Origin: Deltaproteobacteria bacterium
Lineage (GTDB): Bacteria; Myxococcota_A; Polyangia; Fen-1088
DNA: 63,694 bases
Direction of reading: 5' to 3'
NCBI GenBank assembly: GCA_033763315.1
Contig: JANRKS010000038.1
Coordinates: 1 to 63,694 of the forward strand
The translations under genes and the position numbers were made by a program. The notes under the pieces are model-generated. The model did no database searches and was not told the origin of the DNA. It saw nothing but the letters and a program-made list of their open reading frames with translations. Below, in pieces: positions 28,228 through 37,703 of the stretch. Positions within the stretch are counted from its first letter, which is position 1. Every line of letters begins with the position of its first letter.

Positions 28228-29178
28228 GTGATTCGCCACGACCATTCGCTTGCTGAGATTGAAGCCCTCTACAACCAGTCGCTGCCCCGGCTGATCCGCC
28301 AGGCGCAGGCGATTCATGAGCAGCACCACAGCCCCGACGAGGTGCAGCTGTGTACGCTTCTTTCGGTCAAGACGGGCGGCTGCCAAGAGGATTGCTCCTA
28401 CTGCCCACAATCGTCGAAGTACGAAACAGCGGTCGACCCGCAACGCATGCTCAGAGTCGACGAGGTCCTCGATTCAGCCCGCAAAGCCAAAGAGGCGGGC
28501 GCCACCCGCTTCTGCATGGGCGCCGCCTGGCGCGAGGTCAAAGAGGGCCCCGCCTTCGACTCTGTGCTCAACATGGTCCGCGGTGTCAAGGAACTGGGCA
28601 TGGAAGCCTGCGTGACCCTCGGCATGCTCACCGAAGACCAGGCCGCCCGCCTCGCGGACGCCGGCCTTACCGCCTACAACCACAACCTCGATACCTCCCG
28701 CGAGTTCTACGGCAAGATCATCAGCACCCGCACCTACGAGGATCGCCTCACCACGATCCGCAACGTTCGTAAAGCGGGCGTCACCGTGTGCTGCGGCGGC
28801 ATCATCGGCATGGGCGAATCCGTGCGCGACCGCTGCGCCATGCTGATGACCCTCGCAAACCTCGACCCGCAGCCCGAAAGCGTGCCGGTGAACATGCTGG
28901 TACCCGTCGAAGGCACGCCGCTGCAGAACCTGCCTGAGACCGATCCGCTGGAACTTGTGCGTACCATCGCCACAGCGCGCATCCTAATGCCTAAGGCCAA
29001 GGTTCGTCTTTCCGCGGGCCGCACGAAGCTGTCACGCGAGGCGCAGTTGCTGTGCTTCCTCGCGGGCGCGAATTCTGTGTTCTACGGCGAAAAACTGCTC
29101 ACGACCGGCAATCCGGATGTGCAAGAGGATCAAGCGCTCTTGCGTGACGCCGGCATGCGCCCCGCCGCTTTAGGCTAA
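28228..29178 (+). CDS. bioB: biotin synthase
   Basis: radical [42 protein letters not shown]. Confidence 0.97.
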   Translation: MIRHDHSLAEIEALYNQSLPRLIRQAQAIHEQHHSPDEVQLCTLLSVKTGGCQEDCSYCPQSSKYETAVDPQRMLRVDEVLDSARKAKEAGATRFCMGAAWREVKEGPAFDSVLNMVRGVKELGMEACVTLGMLTEDQAARLADAGLTAYNHNLDTSREFYGKIISTRTYEDRLTTIRNVRKAGVTVCCGGIIGMGESVRDRCAMLMTLANLDPQPESVPVNMLVPVEGTPLQNLPETDPLELVRTIATARILMPKAKVRLSAGRTKLSREAQLLCFLAGANSVFYGEKLLTTGNPDVQEDQALLRDAGMRPAALG

Positions 29179-29759
29179 GGCGCTTTTAATTCTTGCCCCG
29201 CAGCTAGACGACGAATGTTGTCGCGGTGGCGCGCCACGATCACGCCCGCCGACAGCGCGCCGTAGACGAAGTACGACGCGTGGGGCGTGCCGAACAAAAA
29301 CAAAAACGCGATGAAGGACACCGCGCCGGCCAGCGATCCCACCGAAGAGATGCGGAACGCCACGTAGCACAGCAAGTACACGCCAAACGCCGCCAACGCT
29401 GGCAAAGGCGCCAAGGCCAAGGAGGCCCCCAACGCGGTGGCCACCCCTTTGCCCCCGCGTCCCTTCAAGAACACGCTAAACACGTGCCCCAGCACCGCAG
29501 CCAACGCAACGCCCGCCACAACCCACGGCCCCACCTTCATCCCGCGCGCCGCCATCACAGGAGCCGCGCCTTTCGCCGCATCAACGACAAGCACGAACAC
29601 CGCCCAGCCCTTGCCAAGCGCGCGCCCCACGTTGCTGGCGCCAACGTTGCCGCTGCCGATCTTTCGCAAATCAACGCCTTTGGCCCGCGCGCACAAAACG
29701 CCGGTGGGGAACGAGCCCATCAAGAAGGCAAACAGAACCAGTGCGATCGCCAGCGTCAT
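29175..29759 (-). CDS. plsY: glycerol-3-phosphate acyltransferase PlsY
   Basis: [38 protein letters not shown]. Confidence 0.95.
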   Translation of the reverse strand: MTLAIALVLFAFLMGSFPTGVLCARAKGVDLRKIGSGNVGASNVGRALGKGWAVFVLVVDAAKGAAPVMAARGMKVGPWVVAGVALAAVLGHVFSVFLKGRGGKGVATALGASLALAPLPALAAFGVYLLCYVAFRISSVGSLAGAVSFIAFLFLFGTPHASYFVYGALSAGVIVARHRDNIRRLAAGQELKAP

Positions 29760-29884
29760 TGAATTGATCCCGCCCGCAGCATGGCGGCCGTGCTGCTGGA
29801 AGGCAAGTCCGCCACCCAGCCCGGTGCTACAGAAATTGCGCAGGGTTCCGAATCCTTTGGGCAAGGATCCAACAGAGGCATGGC

Positions 29885-30631
29885 ATGACTTGGCGTTCGT
29901 TCACGTTGATTTGCTGCGCATCGACCATCGTGGTGGCATGCAGCACAGGCGGCCCGCCGTGGACCTATTCGGGCGAGCAAGGCCCAACCAAGTGGGGCCG
30001 CATAGATCCAAGCTACGCGGCTTGTGAAACGGGCAAGAGCCAATCGCCCGTGAACATTGTGGAAGTGTTGCCGCGCGACCTGCCTAACCTTGCCTTTCGC
30101 TACGGTAACGCCCCGTTGCACCTCAACAACAACGGACGCACGGTGGAGCAAGTGTTTGATGCGGGACACAGCGTGGGCCTGGGCAACATGCAGTACCAGC
30201 TGCAATCGTTGCAACTGCACAACCCAAGCGAGCACCGCGCGGCAGGCAAAGCGTTCCCGATGGAACTTCAGTTGCTGCACAAAAGCGCGCAAGGCCACTT
30301 GTTGATCATCGCGGTGATGATCAAAGAAGGCCACGCTTCTGCAGCGGTCAACGCTCTTATGAACCACGTCCCCGCGGAGGCCGGCGATATGTACGTCAGC
30401 GACCAAGCGATCTCACTGATGCAGCTCCTGCCACAGCAAAGAACGTACATGCGTTACAGCGGTTCGCTCACGTCGCCCCCGTGTTGGGAGAATGTGATGT
30501 GGGTTGTGCTCACCGAGCCGATCGAAGCGTCGAAGGAGCAGATCGCCGCGTTCGCACGCGTGCTGCCGAACAACGTGCGTCCACTTGCACCGTTGGGGCG
30601 TCGCACGGTGTTTATGGACGCCACGCCTTAG
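29885..30631 (+). CDS. alpha-class carbonic anhydrase homolog (lipoprotein), Zn ligands degenerate
   Basis: WTYSGEQGP..WG, QSPVNI, PSEH, YSGSLTSPPC, NNVRP; lipobox VVAC. Confidence 0.85.
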   Translation: MTWRSFTLICCASTIVVACSTGGPPWTYSGEQGPTKWGRIDPSYAACETGKSQSPVNIVEVLPRDLPNLAFRYGNAPLHLNNNGRTVEQVFDAGHSVGLGNMQYQLQSLQLHNPSEHRAAGKAFPMELQLLHKSAQGHLLIIAVMIKEGHASAAVNALMNHVPAEAGDMYVSDQAISLMQLLPQQRTYMRYSGSLTSPPCWENVMWVVLTEPIEASKEQIAAFARVLPNNVRPLAPLGRRTVFMDATP

Positions 30632-30634
30632 CGC

Positions 30635-31153
30635 TTACCTGCGCAGCAGCAAGATCGCCGCCACGATCACAACCGCCGCCACACCCACGACAATCCACGT
30701 GCGGTTCAAGGACCCCGCGGGCGCCGGCTCCGCCTCTGTTGCAGAGGCCGGTGCCGCCACGGGCCGATCCTCCATCATCACCACGCGCATCCCTCGTTCG
30801 GTGAACAGCGCCTGCATCGCATCCACAAGCCCTGCGTATTCCTTAGCATCAATCAGGCTCGCGTTGCCGAACCGCGCGTTCAAGATGCCCTGCGTACGAC
30901 CGTACGTGTTGATCTCCGCTTTTTTCTCAACGGTGTTCACGTGGCCTATCACGATCGTGGCGCCGCCTTCTTTGGCCACAAGTTTGATGTGTTGAAGCGC
31001 CTGCTTGCCGCCCTCAGTGGACTCGCCTTCGGGGGCCGACAGTTCCGCCACATGCCCGGTGCTCAGCTTGTGCTTGTTGCCCACCAAGAACTTGAAATAA
31101 TCGGCCAATCCCACCGCTTGCGCGGCGATCATGGTTCGCTGCATTTGTGCCAT
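30635..31153 (-). CDS. hypothetical protein with C-terminal membrane anchor
   Basis: GAAGG upstream, STEGGKQALQHIKL motif, C-terminal TM followed by RR. Confidence 0.65.
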   Translation of the reverse strand: MAQMQRTMIAAQAVGLADYFKFLVGNKHKLSTGHVAELSAPEGESTEGGKQALQHIKLVAKEGGATIVIGHVNTVEKKAEINTYGRTQGILNARFGNASLIDAKEYAGLVDAMQALFTERGMRVVMMEDRPVAAPASATEAEPAPAGSLNRTWIVVGVAAVVIVAAILLLRR

Positions 31154-31269
31154 CGCTGCTTCGCCCTTCTTTGGTATGGGCAGCGACACTCTGTCGCGTT
31201 TTCTTGAGCGCGTGGCGCAAAAGCGTAAACGGATGAAGGCGTTTCGCCTACACAAACGGACTACGTGCC

Positions 31270-32124
31270 CTAGGGCTGCAGCACCCGCACGGCGGCATCT
31301 CGGCATTCGGCGGGCGTTAAGCCAAAACGTTTGCGAAACAAGCGGTAAAAGTGGCTCACGTTCACAAACCCCACCTCATGCGCCACAGCCACGATCGGCA
31401 GCGACGTGCGCGTGAGCGTTTGGTGCGCCTGTTCTATCCTCACTTGATTCACTAGCTCGGTGGGCGTGGCGCCAAGCCAACGTTTGCACTCACGGCTTAC
31501 ATGCGCGGGACTTTTGCCTGCGTGTTCCACCATAAACGCCACGCCTTCGGGTAAGGCGTCGGGCCTTGCCGCCAATGCGGTCAGCGCCTTGCGCAACCAC
31601 GCGGGCGCGAGCGTGCCCGTCCCGATAGGCGTTTGCGTTTGCAACAGATACAGCAAGTTCAACAAAAAGCGATCAAGCGCGCGGCTGCTGCGTTGGCCAA
31701 GCCGCAACTCACCACACAGCTGCTTAAGCTGTGCCAGAGCGCCAGCGCTCAGTTGATAAGAGCGTGCGGTCAATGGCTTGGAGAAAGGATCAGGCTCATC
31801 GCCTTTGTAACGCTGCCAAAACGCTGACCAGTGCTCTTGGCCAAACGCCACGTTTACGATGCTGTAGCCCTTCGGATGGCTGGTCTCGAAGCCATGCACG
31901 TCCCCCGGGGCCACCAGCATCAAGGTTCCGGGAACCAGGGGTTGCGCTTCATTGGGCAGCAGATGTGCGCCCCGGCCCCCTTCAATCCAGAAAATCTCAG
32001 GGAAATCGTGCGTATGCAGCGGCGGCGTGTGGCCGGGCAGCATCAGGCGGCATGACACGTGGCACGCCTGCGGGGGCCGCACAAAGTCGTGCGCCCTCAA
32101 ACGCTTGACATCAACGGAGGACAC
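31270..32124 (-). CDS. AraC-family transcriptional regulator with cupin sensor domain
   Basis: LHTHDFPEIFW..DVHGF; C-terminal VGFVNVSHFYRLFRKRFGLTP. Confidence 0.92.
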   Translation of the reverse strand: MSSVDVKRLRAHDFVRPPQACHVSCRLMLPGHTPPLHTHDFPEIFWIEGGRGAHLLPNEAQPLVPGTLMLVAPGDVHGFETSHPKGYSIVNVAFGQEHWSAFWQRYKGDEPDPFSKPLTARSYQLSAGALAQLKQLCGELRLGQRSSRALDRFLLNLLYLLQTQTPIGTGTLAPAWLRKALTALAARPDALPEGVAFMVEHAGKSPAHVSRECKRWLGATPTELVNQVRIEQAHQTLTRTSLPIVAVAHEVGFVNVSHFYRLFRKRFGLTPAECRDAAVRVLQP

Positions 32125-32178
32125 AGACCGCCAGGTACCGACAAGACTTGAAGCACATAATGGTGCAAATTATCGCTC

Positions 32179-33021
32179 ATGCTACAAAGCAACGCCAGTC
32201 ACGAAGCGAAGGCCGCATCAAATCAGGACAAGCGGCTGGATGCCCAAGCTTGCTTGGACTTCAAGCGACAAGGATACCTGGTGTGCCCGGCGCCCGTGCT
32301 GCCCACGCCTGACTTTGCGCGCCTGCGAAGCACGCTTGAAGGATTGCTCACGGCGTTGCCCGAAGGTAAGCGGCCCGAAGACATGGACGTGCCACACATC
32401 GTGCATCCGGAGCTGTTCGAATTTCTGTTTCACAAGGATGTGTTGGATCTGGTTGAACCGCTGCTTGGCCCCAACATCGCGCTGTTCTCAAGCCACGCGA
32501 TCTGCAAACCGGCGCTCGACGGCAAACGTGTGCCTTGGCATCAGGATTCCTTTTACTGGAAGCATCTGCTGACGCCGGTTGACGTCGTTACGGTGTGGCT
32601 GGCGATTGACCCTTCTGATGAGGGCAACGGAGCTATGCGCGTGATTCCTGGCACCCACGGGGATGCCACGGTGCCCTACGACGACGTTGATCTGCACATC
32701 AACACCTTTCCGAAGGAGATCGGGCGCGCTTTTATAAACGAAGCGACATCAGTGACCCTCGCCCTGCAACCGAACCACGCCAGCCTGCACGCCGCAGGGC
32801 TGTTTCACGGCAGCGCGGCCAACACAAGTCCGCGAAGGCGCTTCGGCTATACGATGCGGTACATGAGCACGGCCGTAAAATACAACAGCGACGTTGGCAC
32901 GTACCATCAGATCTATCTGGCGCGTGGCCGCGATCTCGCTGGAAACACGTACGGCGATCCGATGAAGCCACGACCCGATCTTGTTGCCGCTCGTGCGGGG
33001 CGTATTCGAAAGGGGCACTAA
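32179..33021 (+). CDS. phytanoyl-CoA dioxygenase (PhyH) family Fe/2OG dioxygenase
   Basis: PWHQD, TVWLAID..NGAMRVIPGTH, LFHGSAANTS.RR. Confidence 0.92.
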   Translation: MLQSNASHEAKAASNQDKRLDAQACLDFKRQGYLVCPAPVLPTPDFARLRSTLEGLLTALPEGKRPEDMDVPHIVHPELFEFLFHKDVLDLVEPLLGPNIALFSSHAICKPALDGKRVPWHQDSFYWKHLLTPVDVVTVWLAIDPSDEGNGAMRVIPGTHGDATVPYDDVDLHINTFPKEIGRAFINEATSVTLALQPNHASLHAAGLFHGSAANTSPRRRFGYTMRYMSTAVKYNSDVGTYHQIYLARGRDLAGNTYGDPMKPRPDLVAARAGRIRKGH

Positions 33022-34085
33022 AGCTGTGGTGCCAACAGCACTTTGATGGCGCCGTCCGCGCGCTCCCGAAACACGTGGTATCCGTGCGCGGCTTCCGACA
33101 GTGGCAGCACGTGCGTGATGATCTCGCGAGGTCGAAACTGGTGCAGCAGCAGTTTGGGCAGCAACTTCTCCATATGCGCACGGGCGTGGCAGCGGCCCAT
33201 CGTGATCGTGAGGTTCAAATTATAACCTTCACTGATGGGCAAGGGATAAACGGGCTGCGTGTGAAAGCCCGCGATCGAAATGGTGGCGCCAGGCCGCACC
33301 AAACGTAGCGCCAGATCCAAAGCGGGCGCGGCGCCCACCGCTTCAAGCGCAACGTCTGCGCCACGCCCTTGCGTCAGCTCGTCGCACATCGCACGCGCCT
33401 GCGCGGGCTCACACGCCACGGCGCCTAAGGTCACGGCTTTGTCTCTGCGCACGCCATCAAGATCGATTGCCACCACGTGCGCCGCGCCCAACGCCTTGGC
33501 CGTTTGCACACACAACAGCCCCACCGGACCGAGCCCCACAACCGCCACAACGTCGCCCACCTTGATTCGTCCCGCTTGCGCGGCTCCGTACGCCGTAGAG
33601 AGAATGTCGCCCAAGAACAAAGCGTCTTGGTCTTCAAAGGTTTGCCCATCCGCAAACGCGGCCGGCAACTTCATCAGCGTGCTATCGGCCAGAGGCACGC
33701 GCACAAACTCGGCCTGGCCGCCTTGCAGTCCACGCCCGCCTTCCGTGACAAAGCCAAAGCCAAGGCTGCGTTCGCATCGCCCCGTGAGGCCCTGTTCACA
33801 GTAAAAGCACACGCCGCAATTGACGGTGAACGGCGCCACCACCCGATCGCCAACGCTGAACTTTTGTACGGCTGGACCTGCGGCATGCACGGTGCCCACA
33901 ATTTCGTGCCCCATGATGGTGCCGGGGCGGCAGCCCTTGTCGCGCCCATCCACGATGTGAAGGTCCGACCCACAAATGCCGGCCAAGCTGACCTGCAAAA
34001 CCACGTCGGTGGGCTCTTGCACGCGGGGCACCGCGCAGCTGGTGACCTGGACATTCCCCTGCGATCCAAGCGCCACGGCTTTCAT
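33018..34085 (-). CDS. Zn-dependent alcohol dehydrogenase (MDR family)
   Basis: GICGSDLH, GHEIVG, CGVCFYC..C, GLGPVG. Confidence 0.93.
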   Translation of the reverse strand: MKAVALGSQGNVQVTSCAVPRVQEPTDVVLQVSLAGICGSDLHIVDGRDKGCRPGTIMGHEIVGTVHAAGPAVQKFSVGDRVVAPFTVNCGVCFYCEQGLTGRCERSLGFGFVTEGGRGLQGGQAEFVRVPLADSTLMKLPAAFADGQTFEDQDALFLGDILSTAYGAAQAGRIKVGDVVAVVGLGPVGLLCVQTAKALGAAHVVAIDLDGVRRDKAVTLGAVACEPAQARAMCDELTQGRGADVALEAVGAAPALDLALRLVRPGATISIAGFHTQPVYPLPISEGYNLNLTITMGRCHARAHMEKLLPKLLLHQFRPREIITHVLPLSEAAHGYHVFRERADGAIKVLLAPQL

Positions 34086-34151
34086 GCCCCTGGTCTCGCA
34101 AAGAACCGCCGCAGAAGCAAGCCGCCATGCAAACTGCTATAGCACTGCCGC

Positions 34152-34997
34152 ATGCAGGCCGCGCCGTTTGCCTCCCCTGACTTTCTGCTCGAACGCTACG
34201 ACGTATTCTTTCTTGATGCCTACGGCGTGCTCGTGAATTCGAATGGCGCTTTGCCGGGCGCGGCCGCCTTCCTCAAGCAAATCATCGACCGCGGCAAATC
34301 GTATTGGTTGTTGTCAAACGATGCCTCTCGCGGCCTCGACACCACGTGGCGCCGGTACACGGGCTTTGGCTTGCCGCTTGACCGCGAGCGCATCATCACT
34401 TCGGGTTCGTTGCTGCCGAAGTACTTCGCGCAAGAGGGGTTGGCCGGCACGCGCTGCATGGTGCTGGGCACTGAGGATTCGCAGGCGTATGTCGAAGCGG
34501 CGGGTGGCGTCGTGGTGCCTTGCACGGATCACACCGCACAAATCTGCGTGCTAGCGGACGATTACGGGTATCCGTTCTTAGAGACGATGAACGAAGTCAT
34601 CACCGTGCTGTTGGCGCGGCTTGAACGAGGCTTGCAAACGCGGTTGTTGCTGCCCAATCCTGATCTCGTGTTCCCTCGCGATGGTGGCTTTGGCATCACA
34701 GCGGGTGCCTTGGCGGCGGCGGTGGAAGCTGTGCTGACGCTGCGTGATCCCACCGGCGCGCAAAAGTTCGTTCACCTGGGCAAACCACAAGCGCCTCTAT
34801 TCGAAGAGGGCCTGCTGCGTGTGCCACATGTGCCACGCGAGCGTGTGGTGATGCTGGGCGATCAACTGGCCACCGACATTTTGGGCGCAAGAAGCGTGGG
34901 CCTTGATTGCGCGTTGCTTTTGACCGGCGTGTCGCGTGTGCACGAAGTGGCGTCTGCACCTGCAAAGCCAACCTACCTCATGCGCGGCTTAACCTAA
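34152..34997 (+). CDS. HAD-superfamily subfamily IIA hydrolase
   Basis: FLDAYGVL, LSND, PNPD, GKP, GDQLATDILGA. Confidence 0.9.
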   Translation: MQAAPFASPDFLLERYDVFFLDAYGVLVNSNGALPGAAAFLKQIIDRGKSYWLLSNDASRGLDTTWRRYTGFGLPLDRERIITSGSLLPKYFAQEGLAGTRCMVLGTEDSQAYVEAAGGVVVPCTDHTAQICVLADDYGYPFLETMNEVITVLLARLERGLQTRLLLPNPDLVFPRDGGFGITAGALAAAVEAVLTLRDPTGAQKFVHLGKPQAPLFEEGLLRVPHVPRERVVMLGDQLATDILGARSVGLDCALLLTGVSRVHEVASAPAKPTYLMRGLT

Positions 34998-35008
34998 GGC
35001 ACCCTTTC

Positions 35009-37675
35009 GTGCGCGCGCTGGCTTGCCTTTTGCTGACGTTGTTGCTGGCCGCCGGTTGCCAACGGAAGGCGAAGCCAGTGTCAGCGGCGCTGCCAGAGGT
35101 GGCGTCGGCTGGGTGCATAGAGGCTTTGGGAAGTGTTTGCGTGCTGGATGAACAGCGCACGCTGAGATTCTGGGTGCCAACCGTCGTTGACGGTTTGCGA
35201 GCGACAACGGACGTTGGCTCGCCCTCGTTGAAGACCTTGCCCATCCAAGGCGGTACCTTCATTGCGGTGCAAGTTCCTGCGAAAGCTTCATCGTTGACGC
35301 TCTCGTCAAACGATGTGCCATTCGAGCGCCTGACTTTGCAATCGTGGAAGGAGAACCCAGTTCTCGCTTCGGCGCGTGTTGCGGCCAAGACTGATCTGCG
35401 CGCAGCACAGGTGCAGTTAGAGCAGGCGTTGCCTGGGGCCGATCCAGTCCTCGCGGCTCGCATCAAATCTTTGCTAGGACGAATTCACATGCAGGCTGGC
35501 CGCTACGATGACGCGATGGCGTTGCTGCAGGCGTCGGAGGAGGCCTTCGTTGCATCTGGTCTACGTTTCGCCGCCAGCGAGGACAAGATCGCAATGAGCT
35601 TTATCGCTTCAACACGGCGAAGTGATGCCAAAGGGGCCATGCAGCTTCTGCTTGCAGCAAACGCCTTGGGTGAACGAGGTCGGGCGCTGTCAGCCGAGAT
35701 AGATTATCAACGTGGCCTCGTCGAGAGCATGGTGGGAAATGTTCGTGGAGCGCTGGGATTTGTTAAAGAGGCGCTTCGATGGGCGCAGCGCCTGCAGATC
35801 ACAAACGTCGAAGTCGCCGCGCAGCAGTGGTTGGCCATGACGCTATCGTCTTTGGGCCGCACCAACGAAGCGCTCGCGATTCAATTGCAGCTTGTTGATC
35901 GCTTGCCAACAAACCCGTGCTTGCGCGCACCCGTCTTGGCAACGGCGGCGTGGTTGTCGTTGCTGCAAAAGCCTATCGATGCAACGCAAACGGAAACGAG
36001 GCTTCAAAATGCGCGCCAAGAGCTGCAAGCGTGCCCCGATCCCTTCCGTGCTCGAAACCAGACCCTTAATGAGATCAGCTTTTCATTGTCGCAGCGCAAA
36101 TATGGGGAGGCTGAACAGGAGCTGCGTCCGCTGCGCGCGAGCAGTGAGGGACGAACGGCCGCCTTGTCGGTGCTTGAGCTTGAGCTTGAGGGCCGGCTGG
36201 CATTGGCCCAACATCAAGCAACGGCTGCTCTGCACGCGTTTGACCGCGCCGAAACTTTGGCCAACGCGGCTGGCCTAGGCGATGAAGCTTTGCGAATGCG
36301 TGTATGGCGAGCCGAAGCGTTGGCGGAGACCGGGCAGACCCATGCAGCGATTCGTTCACTGGAAGAAGCGGAACATATGCTGGACCAACGTCTGCAGCTG
36401 GTGCCGGTCGGGGAAGGGCGCATCCGGTTTCTCCAGATGCGCGACCAAGGTGTTCGAGCCTTGGTAAACCTTCACCTGCGTGCGGGGGATGTAAAGGACG
36501 CCTTCGCTGCAGCCAGGCGGGGGCGCAGTCGCGCGTTGCGAGGTGTCGCCCTGGGCGAACAGCTTGCTGGCCTTACGGGACAGGCACGTTCCAAGTGGAT
36601 TTCGAATATTGCGGAGTACCAGAAACTTAGAGCCAATGCGGAGGATCTCTCCGAGACGTGGTCACTGTCGGAGGCAGAGCTGCATGCCCAGGCCGACCTC
36701 AAATTCGAGCGTGACAAGCGCGCGCAGGAGGCCTTGGATAAGGCCTACGCAGATCTGGTCGGCAGCCTGAAAAGCGAAGCGGCATTGCCGGACCTCAACT
36801 TGGCGCCAGGCGATCTTGCGCTGCTGTTCATCAAGGAGCCCGAGACCGATGGCAACAAGGTCGCGTGGAGAGGGTTTGCGGCGACTTCAACCGATGTCAA
36901 AACGTCTTTGCTGTCCGCGCCTTCCGTGGGGTTTCGCGACCATCCCTGGCTATTGCCGTTTGCAGACGCCATCGAACGCGCGACGCGCATTAGGATCCTG
37001 TTCACCGACGCGGGAACGGAAGAAATTCACAAAGCCGCGTTCAAACAAAGGCCATTGCAAAACCATGCGCCCGTTGTTTATAGCCTGGACATCACCTCAG
37101 CCGCCCCTGCGTCAGGCCGCCCGCTGGTCGTGGCCGATCCATCTGACGACCTTCCGAGCTCACGCGTCGAGGGCCAAGATGTGGCCGAAAAGTTAAAGGT
37201 TTCTATGAGCGACAACATGCTTCTGGGCGCAGCAAGCACCAGACGGGCCGTGATGACCGCGTTGCCCACAGCGGGATGGTTCCATTATGCGGGCCACTCG
37301 GTTTTTGCCGGCGAAGAGGGACTGGAATCGGGTTTGCCTTTAGCCCAGCGACAGCGCTTGTTGGCCGCCGACGTTCTGGCGTTGCCGGCCGTTCCGCGGG
37401 TGGTTGTGCTTTCCTCCTGCGAGGCTGGGCGTAGCTCAGGTGACTCAAACACGGCGGGATTGGGCCTGGCGCAAGCGTTTGTGGTGGCGGGCGCCAAAGT
37501 GGTGATCGCGCCGACGCGCGCTGTTTCCGACGAGGTTTCTCGCGATTTCATGCGCCTGTTCTACAAACATGTGTCGTCCGGCTTACCTCCGGAACGAGCG
37601 CTGCAAACCACGCTCTCGGAAGCAAACGCGCAACAAGAAAACGACTGGTCAACATTTCGGGCGCTTGTGCCGTAA
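35009..37675 (+). CDS. TPR-CHAT (caspase-like) domain protein with predicted lipoprotein signal
   Basis: lipobox LAAGC; helical repeats; CHAT dyad HYAGH / LSSCE, GLAQAFVVAGA; start estimated. Confidence 0.85.
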   Translation: MRALACLLLTLLLAAGCQRKAKPVSAALPEVASAGCIEALGSVCVLDEQRTLRFWVPTVVDGLRATTDVGSPSLKTLPIQGGTFIAVQVPAKASSLTLSSNDVPFERLTLQSWKENPVLASARVAAKTDLRAAQVQLEQALPGADPVLAARIKSLLGRIHMQAGRYDDAMALLQASEEAFVASGLRFAASEDKIAMSFIASTRRSDAKGAMQLLLAANALGERGRALSAEIDYQRGLVESMVGNVRGALGFVKEALRWAQRLQITNVEVAAQQWLAMTLSSLGRTNEALAIQLQLVDRLPTNPCLRAPVLATAAWLSLLQKPIDATQTETRLQNARQELQACPDPFRARNQTLNEISFSLSQRKYGEAEQELRPLRASSEGRTAALSVLELELEGRLALAQHQATAALHAFDRAETLANAAGLGDEALRMRVWRAEALAETGQTHAAIRSLEEAEHMLDQRLQLVPVGEGRIRFLQMRDQGVRALVNLHLRAGDVKDAFAAARRGRSRALRGVALGEQLAGLTGQARSKWISNIAEYQKLRANAEDLSETWSLSEAELHAQADLKFERDKRAQEALDKAYADLVGSLKSEAALPDLNLAPGDLALLFIKEPETDGNKVAWRGFAATSTDVKTSLLSAPSVGFRDHPWLLPFADAIERATRIRILFTDAGTEEIHKAAFKQRPLQNHAPVVYSLDITSAAPASGRPLVVADPSDDLPSSRVEGQDVAEKLKVSMSDNMLLGAASTRRAVMTALPTAGWFHYAGHSVFAGEEGLESGLPLAQRQRLLAADVLALPAVPRVVVLSSCEAGRSSGDSNTAGLGLAQAFVVAGAKVVIAPTRAVSDEVSRDFMRLFYKHVSSGLPPERALQTTLSEANAQQENDWSTFRALVP

Positions 37676-37703
37676 GATGCGCGCGTTCGACAAAAGGGTG
37701 AAT

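Noticed and set aside
28228-28950. C-rich codon usage in 5' bioB as a sign of mosaicism or transposase-linked mutation bias
   Set aside because: Impression by eye only, and conserved genes often show stronger codon bias; it would need a computed GC3 profile.
32179-33021. Possible Fe/2OG halogenase
   Set aside because: The facial triad is the normal HxD...H (HQD), not HxA/G.
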